Below are positions 30,151 through 41,904 of a stretch of DNA of 64,000 bases, in pieces. The notes beneath the pieces were generated by a model. It worked only from the letters and a program-made list of their open reading frames with translations. It made no database searches and was not told where the DNA came from. The position numbers and the translations under genes are program-made. The stretch's first letter is position 1, and each line of letters starts with the position of its first letter. The DNA is from an uncultured Erysipelotrichaceae bacterium (lineage in GTDB: Bacteria; Bacillota_I; Bacilli_A; RF39; UBA660): NCBI GenBank assembly GCA_948439995.1, contig CAOJNP010000001.1, positions 394 to 64,393 of the forward strand, written 5' to 3'.

Positions 30151-30795
30151 TTAATCTTTGGAATTTCCAATTATACTTAATAAATGTAAGAAAATATTAA
30201 TGTAATCTAGGTATAATTCTAAAGCACCAATAATTGCTACATTTTCTTCTGGAATGTCGCTATTGGCTAATCCTTTTATTTTTTGAACATCATATGCAGT
30301 AAATCCGACAAATATCAAAATAGCTATAATTGAAATAATAAGGTCAAATTGGCTACTTCCTACAAACATATTGATAATCATACAAACGATAACACCAATT
30401 AATCCCATTAATAAATATGTTCCGATTCTTGTTAAATCAAAATTTGTGAAATATCCAATTGCACCAAAGATCGCAAAAATTACTGCAGCTATTACAAATA
30501 CATAAAGTATTGATGTAAGATTGTAAATCACAAAAATTGATGAGAATGTTAATCCACTTACAAAAGAATAAAGCAAGAAGAATATTTTTGCAGTAATTCC
30601 ATTCATTTTTGCTGCTCTAGCTGATAAGATTAATACTAAAATAAGCTCCGCAATCACTAAAATCCAATGAATTCCACTTGAAAATATGTTAAATAACATT
30701 TTTTCATTTAATGATACGACATAACCAGTTGCAAACGTAACAATTAAACCAAGAGTCATCCATAGGAATACTTTTGGCATTAATTTATTTTCCAT
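30151..30795 (-). CDS. Bax-inhibitor-1/YccA-family membrane protein
   Basis: 7-TM ~214-aa protein with BI-1 family topology and charged C-terminus. Confidence 0.65.
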   Translation of the reverse strand: MENKLMPKVFLWMTLGLIVTFATGYVVSLNEKMLFNIFSSGIHWILVIAELILVLILSARAAKMNGITAKIFFLLYSFVSGLTFSSIFVIYNLTSILYVFVIAAVIFAIFGAIGYFTNFDLTRIGTYLLMGLIGVIVCMIINMFVGSSQFDLIISIIAILIFVGFTAYDVQKIKGLANSDIPEENVAIIGALELYLDYINIFLHLLSIIGNSKD

Positions 30796-30874
30796 AAAAA
30801 TCCTCCTAAAAATATATATGAATTAGTATATCATTAATATTAATTTTTGTAAATTTTTATATCAATTATTTTAA

Positions 30875-32503
30875 TCATTTTTTCTTATGATATATTTCTA
30901 TTATTAACCAAAAAAAGCCGGAAATACACATCATGATATGTGCAACAAATACTTTTTTGGTTCCTTTGTAAGTTAATTCATAAATTCCATTTTCATTTAA
31001 TTCTGCTTCTAAAAAGCCATTTTCATTTTCTTTTAATGGAATTTCTTTTTGGTCTTTTTTTAATTGATAACCCAAATAAAAGATTCTTGGAAATTCTATT
31101 TTTATTGTTTTGACCTCTTGGATTTCAAATGTTAAATCTGGTACAGAATTATTAATAATTTGTATTAAGCCATTACCAGAAATAATTTTTATTTCTTGAT
31201 TTCTGTTTTGATAATACTCATAATTTCGAATTACTTTTTCTGGTAAATACTCTTCTTGATTTCCCATACCTAAATTATAATTGATTTGATTAAGATCAAC
31301 TTTTTCTTCAGATACATGGTATGTATTATAATAACTTCCTATTAAAGCGAAGAAACCTAAAATAATACAAGCTTTGGTAAAACATTTTCTTTTTTCTATT
31401 TTCTTTAAACAGAGACAAAAAATTAAAATTCCTCCAAATGCAACATATATGCAAAGTCTCCATGGAAATTGTAATGTTTGCAATATATCAGGAGTATAAA
31501 CCCAAGGAAATATAGAAGTTGTCATTATAAAAGAAATGATTGTGAATAACAAAATACTTATCCACACTTTATTTTTCCAAAGTTTTGTTTTAAAAATATA
31601 ATATATTCCATATAGAAGTCCTATCGTAACTATTAGCTGAAGATGGTATCTTATAAAATTATATGTGTGAGGTAATAAAAAGGAGAAATATTGGGAAAGA
31701 CCAATGGCACTATATTGTAAATCTCCTTTTCCCGTTATGTAATAGGGAATAAAAATAGCGTAACTTCCATTTATTTTATGTTCTAGTATGGATATCCAAA
31801 AAGGAGAAGTAAAACATAATATAATCATACTAGATAGCCCAAAATATTTGATGTTCTTGAAAGAAAAGAGTTTTTTATAATATATTGGAACAAAAGATAC
31901 AATAAGTATAAGCGTGAAATAAATCGCCATAGCTAAATGAGAGTAGAGTAAAATAATGTATCCTATAGTAAAATATGAAAAAAATTTTTTTTCATTATCT
32001 TCTAAAAGATATAAAAGCCCTAAAAAAATGATAGGAATTGCTATTGGTACAAATATTTCTGAAAATGCATCTCGAATAAATATTTCTGATAAATGATAAG
32101 GTGCAGACATATAAAAAAGAGAAGCTAAGGTTGCTATTTTTTTGTTTTTGAATATTTTTTTAGTTAAGAAAAAGAAAGTGATTCCAGATGCTAAGATCGT
32201 TATCCATTGAGTTAATCTCATTCCAATAACCACATTGTTACAAATTTTTGTATTGTAAGCAGCCATTAGATGAGGAAGATTAGGATAAAAAAGTCGAGTA
32301 CCATAGCCAAAATTATTTGCTATATTTGGTAAAGGTTCTTTTGCCAAAGGATTTTTCCATGTAATTTGCTTGGATAATACAGATATATTAGCCACATGAA
32401 AATTAGTATCATGTCCTTTGTAATAACCATTTTTTAAGGATGGTATCATAATTAGGATACTAAAAATAAATATGATTATAAAGTATTTTAAATTTTTTTT
32501 CAT
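30875..32503 (-). CDS. Polytopic membrane protein, possible GT-C/YfhO-like glycosyltransferase
   Basis: More than 10 TM helices, N-terminal GHDTNFH motif, C-terminal beta-rich extracytoplasmic domain. Confidence 0.3.
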   Translation of the reverse strand: MKKNLKYFIIIFIFSILIMIPSLKNGYYKGHDTNFHVANISVLSKQITWKNPLAKEPLPNIANNFGYGTRLFYPNLPHLMAAYNTKICNNVVIGMRLTQWITILASGITFFFLTKKIFKNKKIATLASLFYMSAPYHLSEIFIRDAFSEIFVPIAIPIIFLGLLYLLEDNEKKFFSYFTIGYIILLYSHLAMAIYFTLILIVSFVPIYYKKLFSFKNIKYFGLSSMIILCFTSPFWISILEHKINGSYAIFIPYYITGKGDLQYSAIGLSQYFSFLLPHTYNFIRYHLQLIVTIGLLYGIYYIFKTKLWKNKVWISILLFTIISFIMTTSIFPWVYTPDILQTLQFPWRLCIYVAFGGILIFCLCLKKIEKRKCFTKACIILGFFALIGSYYNTYHVSEEKVDLNQINYNLGMGNQEEYLPEKVIRNYEYYQNRNQEIKIISGNGLIQIINNSVPDLTFEIQEVKTIKIEFPRIFYLGYQLKKDQKEIPLKENENGFLEAELNENGIYELTYKGTKKVFVAHIMMCISGFFWLIIEIYHKKK

Positions 32504-32542
32504 TTTGAAACTCCTATAAAAAAATAGATAAAAAATTTTTAT

Positions 32543-33643
32543 CTATACATTAAATCGAAAATATACAATATCGCCATCTTGCATGGAATATTCTTTTCCT
32601 TCTAAATTTAATTTGCCAGCTTCTTGTACTTTTTTTTCGTCTTTTAATTCATATAAATCTTCATATTTCATGATTTCAGCTTTGATGAATCCTCTTTCGA
32701 TATCACTGTGTATCAGACCAGCACATTTTTTCGCATTCATTCCTTTTTTAAAAGTCCATGCTCTCACTTCATCTTTTCCTACAGTAAAAAATGTTTGCAG
32801 TCCTAATAAATCATACGTTGTAAAAATTAGCTTATCTAATCCACTAGAATGAATTCCTAATTCATTTAAAAATTCTTGTTTTTCTTGTTCTTCTAACTCA
32901 GCAAGTTCACTTTCCATTTTAGCTGACATAACAATCATATTTGTATTTTCTTTTTTAGCATATTCTAAAACTTTTTTGGTATATTCATTTTCACCTACAC
33001 TTGCATCTTCCTCACTCACATTAGCTGCATAAATAAGAGGCTTTAATGTAATAAAATTAAAGGCTTTTAAAAGAAATTTTTCTTCTTCCGTCAATTGAAT
33101 TAATCGAAGAGGGATATTTTGTTCTAAAGATGATTTACATTTTTTTAGAATTTCTACTTCTAGTAAAGCATCTTTATCTTTTGTTGTTTCTGCCTTTTTT
33201 GTAATTCTTTCTAAACGATTATCAACAATTTCTAAATCAGAAAGAATGAGTTCAATATTAATAATTTCAATATCTCTAATCGGATCTATTTCTCCTTCTA
33301 CATGAGTAATATTTCCATCTTGAAAACATCTAACTACCTCAACAATTGCATCAACTTCACGAATGTGAGATAAAAATTTATTGCCAAGCCCTTCTCCTTT
33401 ACTTGCACCTTTTACAAGACCTGCAATGTCAGTAAATTCAAATGTAGTTGGTACTAAACTCTTTGGTAAATATAAGTTTTCTAAAAATTCTAATCTTTTA
33501 TCTGGCACTGTTACTACTCCAACATTTGGATCAATTGTAGCAAAAGGATAATTTGCCGCTAAAATATTTTTTTTGGTAATGGCGTTAAATAAAGTTGATT
33601 TTCCTACATTTGGAAGACCTACTATTCCTGCTTTTAATGACAT
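32543..33643 (-). CDS. ychF: Ribosome-binding ATPase YchF
   Basis: G-domain GIVGLPNVGKST, TGS-like C-terminus; start at ATG 33643 after GGTGA. Confidence 0.9.
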   Translation of the reverse strand: MSLKAGIVGLPNVGKSTLFNAITKKNILAANYPFATIDPNVGVVTVPDKRLEFLENLYLPKSLVPTTFEFTDIAGLVKGASKGEGLGNKFLSHIREVDAIVEVVRCFQDGNITHVEGEIDPIRDIEIINIELILSDLEIVDNRLERITKKAETTKDKDALLEVEILKKCKSSLEQNIPLRLIQLTEEEKFLLKAFNFITLKPLIYAANVSEEDASVGENEYTKKVLEYAKKENTNMIVMSAKMESELAELEEQEKQEFLNELGIHSSGLDKLIFTTYDLLGLQTFFTVGKDEVRAWTFKKGMNAKKCAGLIHSDIERGFIKAEIMKYEDLYELKDEKKVQEAGKLNLEGKEYSMQDGDIVYFRFNV

Positions 33644-33656
33644 AATAATCACCTTT

Positions 33657-35207
33657 CTATAAAATTGAAGTTCCATTGATTCCAATTGGAAGTCCTATTA
33701 CATACCATACAATTAAAATGAGTAACAAAAGACCACCACATATTACACTATAAGGAATTTGATACTTTAATGATTTAAACAGACTTATCTTTTTTTCTGA
33801 AGTATCATATTTATCAATCATTGCTAAATAGATTACAAAATATGCCATAAGAGGTGTTAAACCCATTGTTACACATTCTCCAAATCGAAATATTACTTGT
33901 GTAAATTGTGGGGTGATTCCTGCATTCATAAATGTTGGAATAATACTTGGTGCTAAAATGACCCATTTTGAAAGAGAAGAAGGAATAAAAAAAGTAGATA
34001 TTGCAGTAACAAAGAATAATAAAACAATTAAGGGTATACCTGTAAAATTTAAACTTGTAAATAATCTCGCTAATGATGATACGATTATTTCTCCAATATT
34101 CGTGTATCGATAAATACTTATAAAAGTTGAAGCAAAGAAAATTAATACTAAAGCTTTCCCGATTCCATCTAATGAATGGCCCAAAGTATCCACAAAGTCT
34201 TGATTATTTTTTATGGTTTTTGCTCCAATTCCATAGAAAAATCCAATTATGACAAAAAACATTGTTACAACAAATACAAAACCATTGCTAAAAAAAGAAT
34301 TGTAACTAAATAATTTATCAATATAAAATCCTTGACTATTATCTAATAAGTTCCCTCCACCTGGTAACCATGGTGTAATTTGATAAATAAAGAATAAAAT
34401 ATAAATAATTCCTGCAATTGCACTAAATATTAGTCCCCTTACATTTTTTCTTGTTATTTTTAATTCTTCAATATCTGTTTCTGGTATTTCGTATTTATCT
34501 AATTTATTAACTGTATATTTTTCAGTAATGATCGTAATTGCAGTAGAAATTGTAAAAATAGAAACTAACATGATAAATATAAAACTTGTTGTAGCAAAAC
34601 GAAAATTAGGATCTAATATTTTTGCACCAATAATTGTTTCTGAAATTAAAGAACTATCAATACTAGTTATAAAAAAACTTAAACCACTTCCACAGGTAAG
34701 ACCTGCAAAAGATGCAATAATTCCAATCAGAGGATTTCTCTTTCCATATTTAAAGATTAAAGCACTTACAGGAATCATGATTATATAAGATAAATCTCCC
34801 ATAAAAGATGCAATCACGCTAACAAATACAATTAAAAATGTAACTGTATTTTTTTTCATTTTTCTTGTTAATAAAGATAATGAAGTTTTTAAAAATCCAC
34901 TTTTTTCCATAACTCCAATACCAATTAAAATGATAATGAGACTACTTAGTGGAATAAAAGCAACAAAATTTGCTACGGTAGAACTAAAAATATATTTTAT
35001 TCCATGAAAAGAAAATAAGTTATCTACTTTTAATAATTCTGTAGAATATTCCAATGAATTAGGATTTATTTTATATTGAACCGATTGCACTCCCATTAAT
35101 GTTAAAATCCCACTTATTACAATGGTAAGTCCAATTAACATAATAAGTGTCATAATTGGATGGAGAGTCATTTTATCTTTTAAATTACTTACTTTCATTT
35201 TTCTCAC
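33657..35207 (-). CDS. AbgT-family transporter (p-aminobenzoyl-glutamate transporter-like)
   Basis: 516-aa polytopic protein with AbgT family-like features. Confidence 0.7.
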   Translation of the reverse strand: MRKMKVSNLKDKMTLHPIMTLIMLIGLTIVISGILTLMGVQSVQYKINPNSLEYSTELLKVDNLFSFHGIKYIFSSTVANFVAFIPLSSLIIILIGIGVMEKSGFLKTSLSLLTRKMKKNTVTFLIVFVSVIASFMGDLSYIIMIPVSALIFKYGKRNPLIGIIASFAGLTCGSGLSFFITSIDSSLISETIIGAKILDPNFRFATTSFIFIMLVSIFTISTAITIITEKYTVNKLDKYEIPETDIEELKITRKNVRGLIFSAIAGIIYILFFIYQITPWLPGGGNLLDNSQGFYIDKLFSYNSFFSNGFVFVVTMFFVIIGFFYGIGAKTIKNNQDFVDTLGHSLDGIGKALVLIFFASTFISIYRYTNIGEIIVSSLARLFTSLNFTGIPLIVLLFFVTAISTFFIPSSLSKWVILAPSIIPTFMNAGITPQFTQVIFRFGECVTMGLTPLMAYFVIYLAMIDKYDTSEKKISLFKSLKYQIPYSVICGGLLLLILIVWYVIGLPIGINGTSIL

Positions 35208-35385
35208 CTATTACTTTTTTACATTTTTTTTCAAATTCTAAGCGATCCATCATGATTTCTCTTCCACAATTCACACATTTTAATTTTATGTCTACTCCTA
35301 CACGAGTGATTATCCATTCATTATAACCACAAGGATGTCCTTTTTTCATGATTACGTGATCTTGTAATTTATATTTTTTTTCCAT
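35185..35385 (-). CDS. DUF951 small zinc-ribbon protein
   Basis: 66 aa with CxxC...CxxC pairs; DUF951 is typically adjacent to ychF in Firmicutes (yyzM-like). Confidence 0.55.
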   Translation of the reverse strand: MEKKYKLQDHVIMKKGHPCGYNEWIITRVGVDIKLKCVNCGREIMMDRLEFEKKCKKVIGEKNESK

Positions 35386-36184
35386 TATGCACCTCTATTT
35401 GTGGGTATGGAATCTTTATGTTCTCTTTTTCATAAGCCAATTTGATTTGTTTTAACATTTCTCTTTTTATTTGCCATTGCATATCTTGCTTGCAAGAAAT
35501 GGAAATTGCATAGTTGATGGCATGATCAGTCATTTCATCAATTCCTAGATATTTACTTTCCTTATAAACTTCTGGTATGTTTAAAGCATTTTCTACAATT
35601 TTTTTTAAAATTTTCTCAACCTTTTCAGTAGATTCTTCATAGGCAGTTGAAACTTTAATTATTAAATTTGCTTTTTGTTGACTTAAATTAATAATAGAAC
35701 TTATATTTCGATTCGCAATAACATAAACTTCTCCACTTACTTTTTTTATTTTCGTATTTTTTAAGCCCATTTCAATGATTTCTCCAGTAAAATCGTTATA
35801 TGTGACAATATCTCCAATTACAAAATAATTATCTAATATGATAAAAATTCCACTAATTAAATCTTCTATGGTAGATTGTAATGCTAAACCTAATACAGCA
35901 CCAGCTATACCTAAACTTGCCAAAAGAGATTTTGTATCTACTTCATAAATATTTAAAATAATTATTATTATTAAAAAATATATAATATATTTAATAAAGT
36001 TTTGAATTAATTTTACAATTGTATTTCTTCTTTTTATTTCATATTGTGTTTTTCCTCTGATAATAATACGTTTTGTAATTTGCATTAAAATACGTATTAT
36101 AATAAATCCAAAACTTAAAACGATAATTGGTCCTATTATTCTTTTTTGTAAAAAAAATGATGTTACTAAATTAATTACATTCAT
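35369..36184 (-). CDS. Small-conductance mechanosensitive channel MscS family
   Basis: 3 TM helices followed by MscS-like beta domain. Confidence 0.7.
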   Translation of the reverse strand: MNVINLVTSFFLQKRIIGPIIVLSFGFIIIRILMQITKRIIIRGKTQYEIKRRNTIVKLIQNFIKYIIYFLIIIIILNIYEVDTKSLLASLGIAGAVLGLALQSTIEDLISGIFIILDNYFVIGDIVTYNDFTGEIIEMGLKNTKIKKVSGEVYVIANRNISSIINLSQQKANLIIKVSTAYEESTEKVEKILKKIVENALNIPEVYKESKYLGIDEMTDHAINYAISISCKQDMQWQIKREMLKQIKLAYEKENIKIPYPQIEVHNGKKI

Positions 36185-36186
36185 TT

Positions 36187-37077
36187 TTATTCACCTTCTA
36201 CACGTATTCCTAAAATTTCTAAAATTCGTTCTAAATCTTTATCCGAATCAAATGGGATTTCTATTTTTCTTTCTTTTATTTTTACTTTTGTTCCCACTTT
36301 TTCTTGAAAAATTCGCTCATAAATGGTATTTCGTATATTTTTTGTTTCCATCATACGATTTACCTTATTTTTTTTCGGAATATTCTCTTCCGAAATTAAC
36401 TTTTCAATGTCACGAACACTCATAGAATTTTGAACAATTTTTATAGCTAGTTCGTTTATTTTATCATTGTCTTCTATTTTACTAAGAGCTCTTGCATGGC
36501 CCATACTAATTTTCTTCTCTTTTACTAAATCTTTGGTTTTTAATGGTAAATTAATCAAACCCAAAAGATTGGTTACATAACTCCTACTTTTTCCAAATTT
36601 TTTTGCAAATTCTTCTTGAGTCATTCCACTCACTTTAATAATATTTGCATAGGCATTGGCTTCATCAATTGGATTTAAATCTTCACGTTGAATATTTTCT
36701 ATTAAAGCAATTTCCATCATTTCTTGATCAGAAAATTCTTTTACGATGGCTGGTATCTTTTCTAAATTCGCTAATCTTGCAGCTTTGGTTCTTCTTTCAC
36801 CAGCAATTAATTCATATCCTTTAATACTATTTTTTACTAAAATTGGCTGTACAATTCCAACTTCTTTTATGGAATCTGCTAATTCTTGTAAGGTTTCATC
36901 TACAAAAGTTGTTCTAGGTTGATATGGATTACTTCGAATCTCACTTAATGGTATTTCAATGATATCACTCGATTTTGCTTCTTTAATTATATCTTTTTCA
37001 AAATTATCAAAATCAATTACTTCATTTGAAAATAATTGTTCTAATCCTTTTCCTAATGCTTTTCTTTTAGTTTCCAT
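36187..37077 (-). CDS. parB: Chromosome partitioning protein ParB/Spo0J
   Basis: ParB box GERRTKAA (GERRxRA), HTH, overlaps parA. Confidence 0.85.
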   Translation of the reverse strand: METKRKALGKGLEQLFSNEVIDFDNFEKDIIKEAKSSDIIEIPLSEIRSNPYQPRTTFVDETLQELADSIKEVGIVQPILVKNSIKGYELIAGERRTKAARLANLEKIPAIVKEFSDQEMMEIALIENIQREDLNPIDEANAYANIIKVSGMTQEEFAKKFGKSRSYVTNLLGLINLPLKTKDLVKEKKISMGHARALSKIEDNDKINELAIKIVQNSMSVRDIEKLISEENIPKKNKVNRMMETKNIRNTIYERIFQEKVGTKVKIKERKIEIPFDSDKDLERILEILGIRVEGE

Positions 37078-37852
37078 TTCTACTAATCACTTCCTTTGCT
37101 AGATTTTGATAGGCAAGGGTAGCACGGCTGGTTGGATCATAATCACTGATTGGTTTTCCATGACTTGGAGCTTCTACTAATCGAACTAACCGTGGAATAA
37201 TCGTATTAAATACTTTGCTTTTAAAGCATTTTCTTACTTCTTCAATGATTTCTAATCCAATATTGGTTCTACCATCTAACATTGTTAAAAGTACTCCTTC
37301 TATTCTAAGATCTGGATTCATATTATTTTGAACCATAATAATAGAATTTAACAGTTGAGTAATTCCTTCTAAAGCAAAATATTCACATTGAACTGGTATG
37401 ATAACAGAATCGCTAGCAACCAAAGCATTCATAGCAGATAGTCCAAGTGATGGCTGACAATCAATAATAATATAATCATATTTTTCCTTAATCCCTTCAA
37501 TTGAATTTCTTAATTGCTCATTTTGACGAAACGTATTATCTTCTAACATTTTTTTTACAAATTCTACATCGATTCCAGCCAAATTTATCGTCGATGGAAT
37601 GACAGATAAATTTTTAAATTTTGTCTTAATTATGGCACTTGTAATTTCACATTTTCCAGAAATTACATCATAAATATCTTCTGTAAAATCATTTGCATTT
37701 AATCCTACTCCAGAAGAAGCGTTGCCTTGAGGATCTAAATCAATTAGCAGTGTTTTTTTTCCTTCTTTTCCTAAAGCGGCAGCAAGGTTGATACTTGTAG
37801 TGGTTTTTCCCACACCACCTTTTTGATTTACTAAAGATATAATTTTTGCCAT
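37067..37852 (-). CDS. parA: Chromosome partitioning ATPase ParA/Soj
   Basis: Deviant Walker A KGGVGKTT, ParA family. Confidence 0.9.
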   Translation of the reverse strand: MAKIISLVNQKGGVGKTTTSINLAAALGKEGKKTLLIDLDPQGNASSGVGLNANDFTEDIYDVISGKCEITSAIIKTKFKNLSVIPSTINLAGIDVEFVKKMLEDNTFRQNEQLRNSIEGIKEKYDYIIIDCQPSLGLSAMNALVASDSVIIPVQCEYFALEGITQLLNSIIMVQNNMNPDLRIEGVLLTMLDGRTNIGLEIIEEVRKCFKSKVFNTIIPRLVRLVEAPSHGKPISDYDPTSRATLAYQNLAKEVISRNGN

Positions 37853-37929
37853 AATACCACCTTCATTTAGTCGCTATTGATATTTTAACACAATAAGTAT
37901 TTTTTGTCTTTAGAAAATCAGAGTTGATT

Positions 37930-38394
37930 TTACTTTTTTTGTTCTTTTAAAACTCTCCATGATTTTATCATTTCTTTTTCTTCTTCCCATATTTTTAACG
38001 TCTCTTCAAACTTTTTCATATCTTTAGTAGTAAATAATTTCTGTTCTTTCATATAACTAAGAAATAATTCTGGTTCTTCATAAAATAATTTTTCTGATAA
38101 TTCCATTATTTTAAAATTTTTTTTCGAAGTATTTTTGTTTAATGTGTTATGTGCTTGATTGATATTGATTTGAATATAAGTTAATTGTTTTGTTAATATT
38201 TCATTATGATACAATATTTTTCCTTTTTTAATCGCTTCTTCTTTTGATATATTAGATTTAAAATTTAAAATAATATATTTCATATTCTTCCAATCAATTT
38301 TTTCATATTTGGAAATTGCTTTTTTATTTTTATCTAAAAACAATTCTAAAAATGGAATATTATCCATACAAAGAAATACATAGTAATATTTCAT
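37930..38394 (-). CDS. Hypothetical protein
   Basis: 154-aa ORF with normal codon usage between parA and ftsH; no recognisable motif. Confidence 0.3.
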   Translation of the reverse strand: MKYYYVFLCMDNIPFLELFLDKNKKAISKYEKIDWKNMKYIILNFKSNISKEEAIKKGKILYHNEILTKQLTYIQININQAHNTLNKNTSKKNFKIMELSEKLFYEEPELFLSYMKEQKLFTTKDMKKFEETLKIWEEEKEMIKSWRVLKEQKK

Positions 38395-38563
38395 AAATCA
38401 CTTCCTTTTGACACACTTTAGCATAATCTAAAAAGTCCGTCAAAAATTAGTTTTTCTATTTTTTTTCCTTTTCTTTTTTGAATTGTTTATTTTAGTATTC
38501 CAATTTATCTTATTTGCATTAATTTTAATTTGATTTTATTAATTCATGAAAAAAAGAAGATTT

Positions 38564-40543
38564 TTATTTTTTATCTTCTTTTTTCAAAGCTTCTTTTAGT
38601 TCTTCTTTATTCATCTTAGTATAACCTTTAATTCCATGCGATTTTGCTAATTCACGTAATTTTAATAAAGTTGGTTCATCATCTTTACTATTGTCTTCTT
38701 CTACTATTTTTCCAGTTAATACTAATGATTCAATTTGCTCTTTTGTTAAAGTTTCTCGTTCCATTAAAGCATCACTTAAAAGCATTATTAATTCTTTATT
38801 TTTCTTTAAAATGTCTTTTGCTTTATTATAACATTCTTCAATAATCTTTCTTGCTGCTTGATCAATTTCTAATGCAACTTGATCCGAATAATTTTTTGAT
38901 TTATTGTAATCTCTTCCAAGAAAAATTCCTTCTTCTTTTTGTTCGTATTGCATAGGTCCTAAATCACTCATACCATATTCAGTTACCATACTACGTGCTA
39001 TATTTGTAGCTCTTTTAAAATCATCACTGGCACCAGTTGTAATCTCTCCTAAAAATAATTCTTCACTTGCTCGTCCTCCAAGTAGACCTGTAATCATAGC
39101 AAGCAATTCATTTTTAGATAAAATTGACATTCTTTCTTCTTTTGGAAGCATCATGGTATATCCTCCTGCACTTCCTCTTGGAATGATAGTAATTTTATGT
39201 ACTTCATTGGCATCTTCTAATTTAATTCCAATCACAGCATGCCCTGCTTCATGAATACTTACTAGACGTTTTTCTTTTTCGGTAATTTTATGAGAAGTTT
39301 TGGCAGGTCCCATTAAAACACGATCTGTTGCTTCATCAATATTATCCATTGTAATCGATTCTTGATTTTTTCTTACGGCAAGTAGTGCTGCTTCATTTAA
39401 TAAATTTTCTAAGTCGGCTCCACTAAATCCTGGAGTTCTAAGGCTTATATTTTTTAAATTTACATTTTTAGAAAATATTTTATTTCTAGCATGAACATTT
39501 AAAATTTCTTCTCGCTCTTTGGCATCTGGTAAATTCACGGTTACTTGTCGATCAAATCTTCCAGGTCTTAAAAGAGCTGGATCTAATACATCGGGACGGT
39601 TTGTAGCAGCAATAATAATAATTCCTTCATTTGCCCCAAATCCATCCATTTCAGTTAATAATTGATTCAGTGTTTGTTCTCTTTCATCGTGTCCTCCACC
39701 AATTCCAGAACCTCTTTGTCTTCCAACTGCATCAATTTCATCAATAAATATTAAGCATGGAGCATTTCTTTTTGCATCTTTAAACATTTCTCTGACACGA
39801 CTTGCTCCAACTCCGACGAATAATTCAACGAAATCTGATCCACTTATGTAGAAAAATGGTACATTTGCTTCACCTGCAACAGCTTTTGCCAGTAATGTTT
39901 TACCTGTTCCTGGAGGCCCTACTAATAAAACACCTTTCGGAATACGAGCACCCAATTTTTGAAATTTCTTAGGACTCTTTAAAAAATCAATTAATTCTTT
40001 TACTTCTTCTTTTTCTTCTTTTAAGCCAGCAACATCAGTAAATTTAATCGATCCACCATCTTCACTTAATTTTGCACGACTTTTTCCAAAGTCCATACTT
40101 CCTTTATTACTATTTGCCATTTTAGAAAATAAGAAGTAAGTAAAGACAACCAATAATAATAATGGAACAACATTTACTAATACATACATCCATGAAAATG
40201 TTCCAGGATCTGCATTGGTTTCATATAATTTTAAATTGTTTGATTCCGCATATTTTGTAATTGTAGAAATATCAGCTTCCACTACTTTTGCCTGAAAGGT
40301 TTCATTTTCTTTGTAATTGTTTAATTTCCCTTCAATGTAATAAATGCTTTCATCACTACTTGGAGTAATTGCAATTTCAGTAACAGTTTTAGATGAAATT
40401 GCATTCATTAATTCTCCTGTGGTTAATTCATGGTTGATTACACGTCCCATATTTAAAACGGATAACACAATAAATATAACAAGAATTAATACAACATAGG
40501 GAAATAAATTTTTAATCGTATTAACATTATTTTTTCTTGGCAT
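38564..40543 (-). CDS. ftsH: ATP-dependent zinc metalloprotease FtsH with C-terminal Rho_N-like tail
   Basis: 2 TM, AAA Walker [17 protein letters not shown] zinc motif; C-terminal [28 protein letters not shown] resembles Rho N-terminal domain. Confidence 0.9.
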   Translation of the reverse strand: MPRKNNVNTIKNLFPYVVLILVIFIVLSVLNMGRVINHELTTGELMNAISSKTVTEIAITPSSDESIYYIEGKLNNYKENETFQAKVVEADISTITKYAESNNLKLYETNADPGTFSWMYVLVNVVPLLLLVVFTYFLFSKMANSNKGSMDFGKSRAKLSEDGGSIKFTDVAGLKEEKEEVKELIDFLKSPKKFQKLGARIPKGVLLVGPPGTGKTLLAKAVAGEANVPFFYISGSDFVELFVGVGASRVREMFKDAKRNAPCLIFIDEIDAVGRQRGSGIGGGHDEREQTLNQLLTEMDGFGANEGIIIIAATNRPDVLDPALLRPGRFDRQVTVNLPDAKEREEILNVHARNKIFSKNVNLKNISLRTPGFSGADLENLLNEAALLAVRKNQESITMDNIDEATDRVLMGPAKTSHKITEKEKRLVSIHEAGHAVIGIKLEDANEVHKITIIPRGSAGGYTMMLPKEERMSILSKNELLAMITGLLGGRASEELFLGEITTGASDDFKRATNIARSMVTEYGMSDLGPMQYEQKEEGIFLGRDYNKSKNYSDQVALEIDQAARKIIEECYNKAKDILKKNKELIMLLSDALMERETLTKEQIESLVLTGKIVEEDNSKDDEPTLLKLRELAKSHGIKGYTKMNKEELKEALKKEDKK

Positions 40544-41882
40544 AATTTTTCTCCTTACTAAAACTATATTTATATATTATATCACACATTTCTTCTTTTT
40601 CTTTATCAAATTTTGATTTTTTGAGTCCTGGAATCCACAAAATTTCACCAGATGAATCTATTAAAATTGGCCAGTTATCTCTTTGATCTAATGGTACTTT
40701 TTTGTTTATGAAAATATCCTTTAATTTTTGATGACCATTCGAATTCTTTACAGTCATTTTATCTGAATTTTGTCGATTTCGTAGATAAAGAGGAAATTTA
40801 ATTTCTTCTTTTCTCAACCGCAATATATTATTACTTTTTTCATCCGATTTGTCAACTTTTTTAATTTGAATTCCAAATATATTTGCTTCTTCTTTTAATT
40901 CTATTTGAAATGGTTTAACTTTATTATTATTTCTAATTTGAAAAATATCATAACTTTTAATAGCAATTTTTCCTAATGGTAAATTTCTTTTTTCACTACT
41001 TTTCTGATTATGAATCATTTCTAACATCAAATCTAAATGCTTCTCGTTAATTGCTTCTATTTCATTATTGTATATTTTTTCAAAATAAGCTTTGATTACT
41101 TCTCTTTCTATAAATGGATCTAGTTTTATCACCTCAGTAATTAGTAACGTATCATTCTGAAGGCAATTCGTCAATGCATCATTTATAAATTTCACAAGAA
41201 ATTCATTTATTCGACACATATTTTCTTGAAATTGTAAAAATTTATAATGAACATTTGGATTTTCTTTTTTTAAAAATGGCAAAAGATGAATTCGATATCG
41301 ATTTCTTGTATATTTTTCCGAAAAATTACTTTGATCAATTACGTATGGTATATTATTCTTATCATTATAATTTTTAATTTCTTCTTTCGTTTTGGTGATA
41401 AGTGGTCGGATTATGGTGTAATTTTCTTTGTGACTTATTTTAGAAAAACCCAAATATCCTTTTCTAGAGCTTCCTCTTGTTAATCTCATTAAAATTGTTT
41501 CGATTAAGTCATCTCCATGATGAGCGGTCATAAAATAATTAACTTGATATTTTTCTATTATTTGTGTATAAAATTCTTGTCGCATTTGATGAGCTTGTTT
41601 ATGAAAATTACCTTTCTTATATTCTTTAAATTCTGTACCTTCAAAAATAATATTATTTTTTTCACAATATTGTTTTACAAATTCATATTCTTTTTTGCTT
41701 TCTTTTCTTAAATTATGATTAATATGTGCACATATTATTTTTAAATCTTTTTCTGGTTTTATAAGGAATAATAAAGCAAGTAAACACATAGAATCAGGTC
41801 CACCAGAACATGCTATCACAACAGAATCTTTTTTATTTAATATTTTTTTTAAATCATTTACTACTTTTTTCAAGAAAATCAC
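40527..41882 (-). CDS. tilS: tRNA(Ile)-lysidine synthetase
   Basis: PP-loop SGGPDS motif. Confidence 0.8.
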   Translation of the reverse strand: MIFLKKVVNDLKKILNKKDSVVIACSGGPDSMCLLALLFLIKPEKDLKIICAHINHNLRKESKKEYEFVKQYCEKNNIIFEGTEFKEYKKGNFHKQAHQMRQEFYTQIIEKYQVNYFMTAHHGDDLIETILMRLTRGSSRKGYLGFSKISHKENYTIIRPLITKTKEEIKNYNDKNNIPYVIDQSNFSEKYTRNRYRIHLLPFLKKENPNVHYKFLQFQENMCRINEFLVKFINDALTNCLQNDTLLITEVIKLDPFIEREVIKAYFEKIYNNEIEAINEKHLDLMLEMIHNQKSSEKRNLPLGKIAIKSYDIFQIRNNNKVKPFQIELKEEANIFGIQIKKVDKSDEKSNNILRLRKEEIKFPLYLRNRQNSDKMTVKNSNGHQKLKDIFINKKVPLDQRDNWPILIDSSGEILWIPGLKKSKFDKEKEEMCDIIYKYSFSKEKNYAKKK

Positions 41883-41904
41883 CTTTTGCTTTTTTTGCTA
41901 AATT

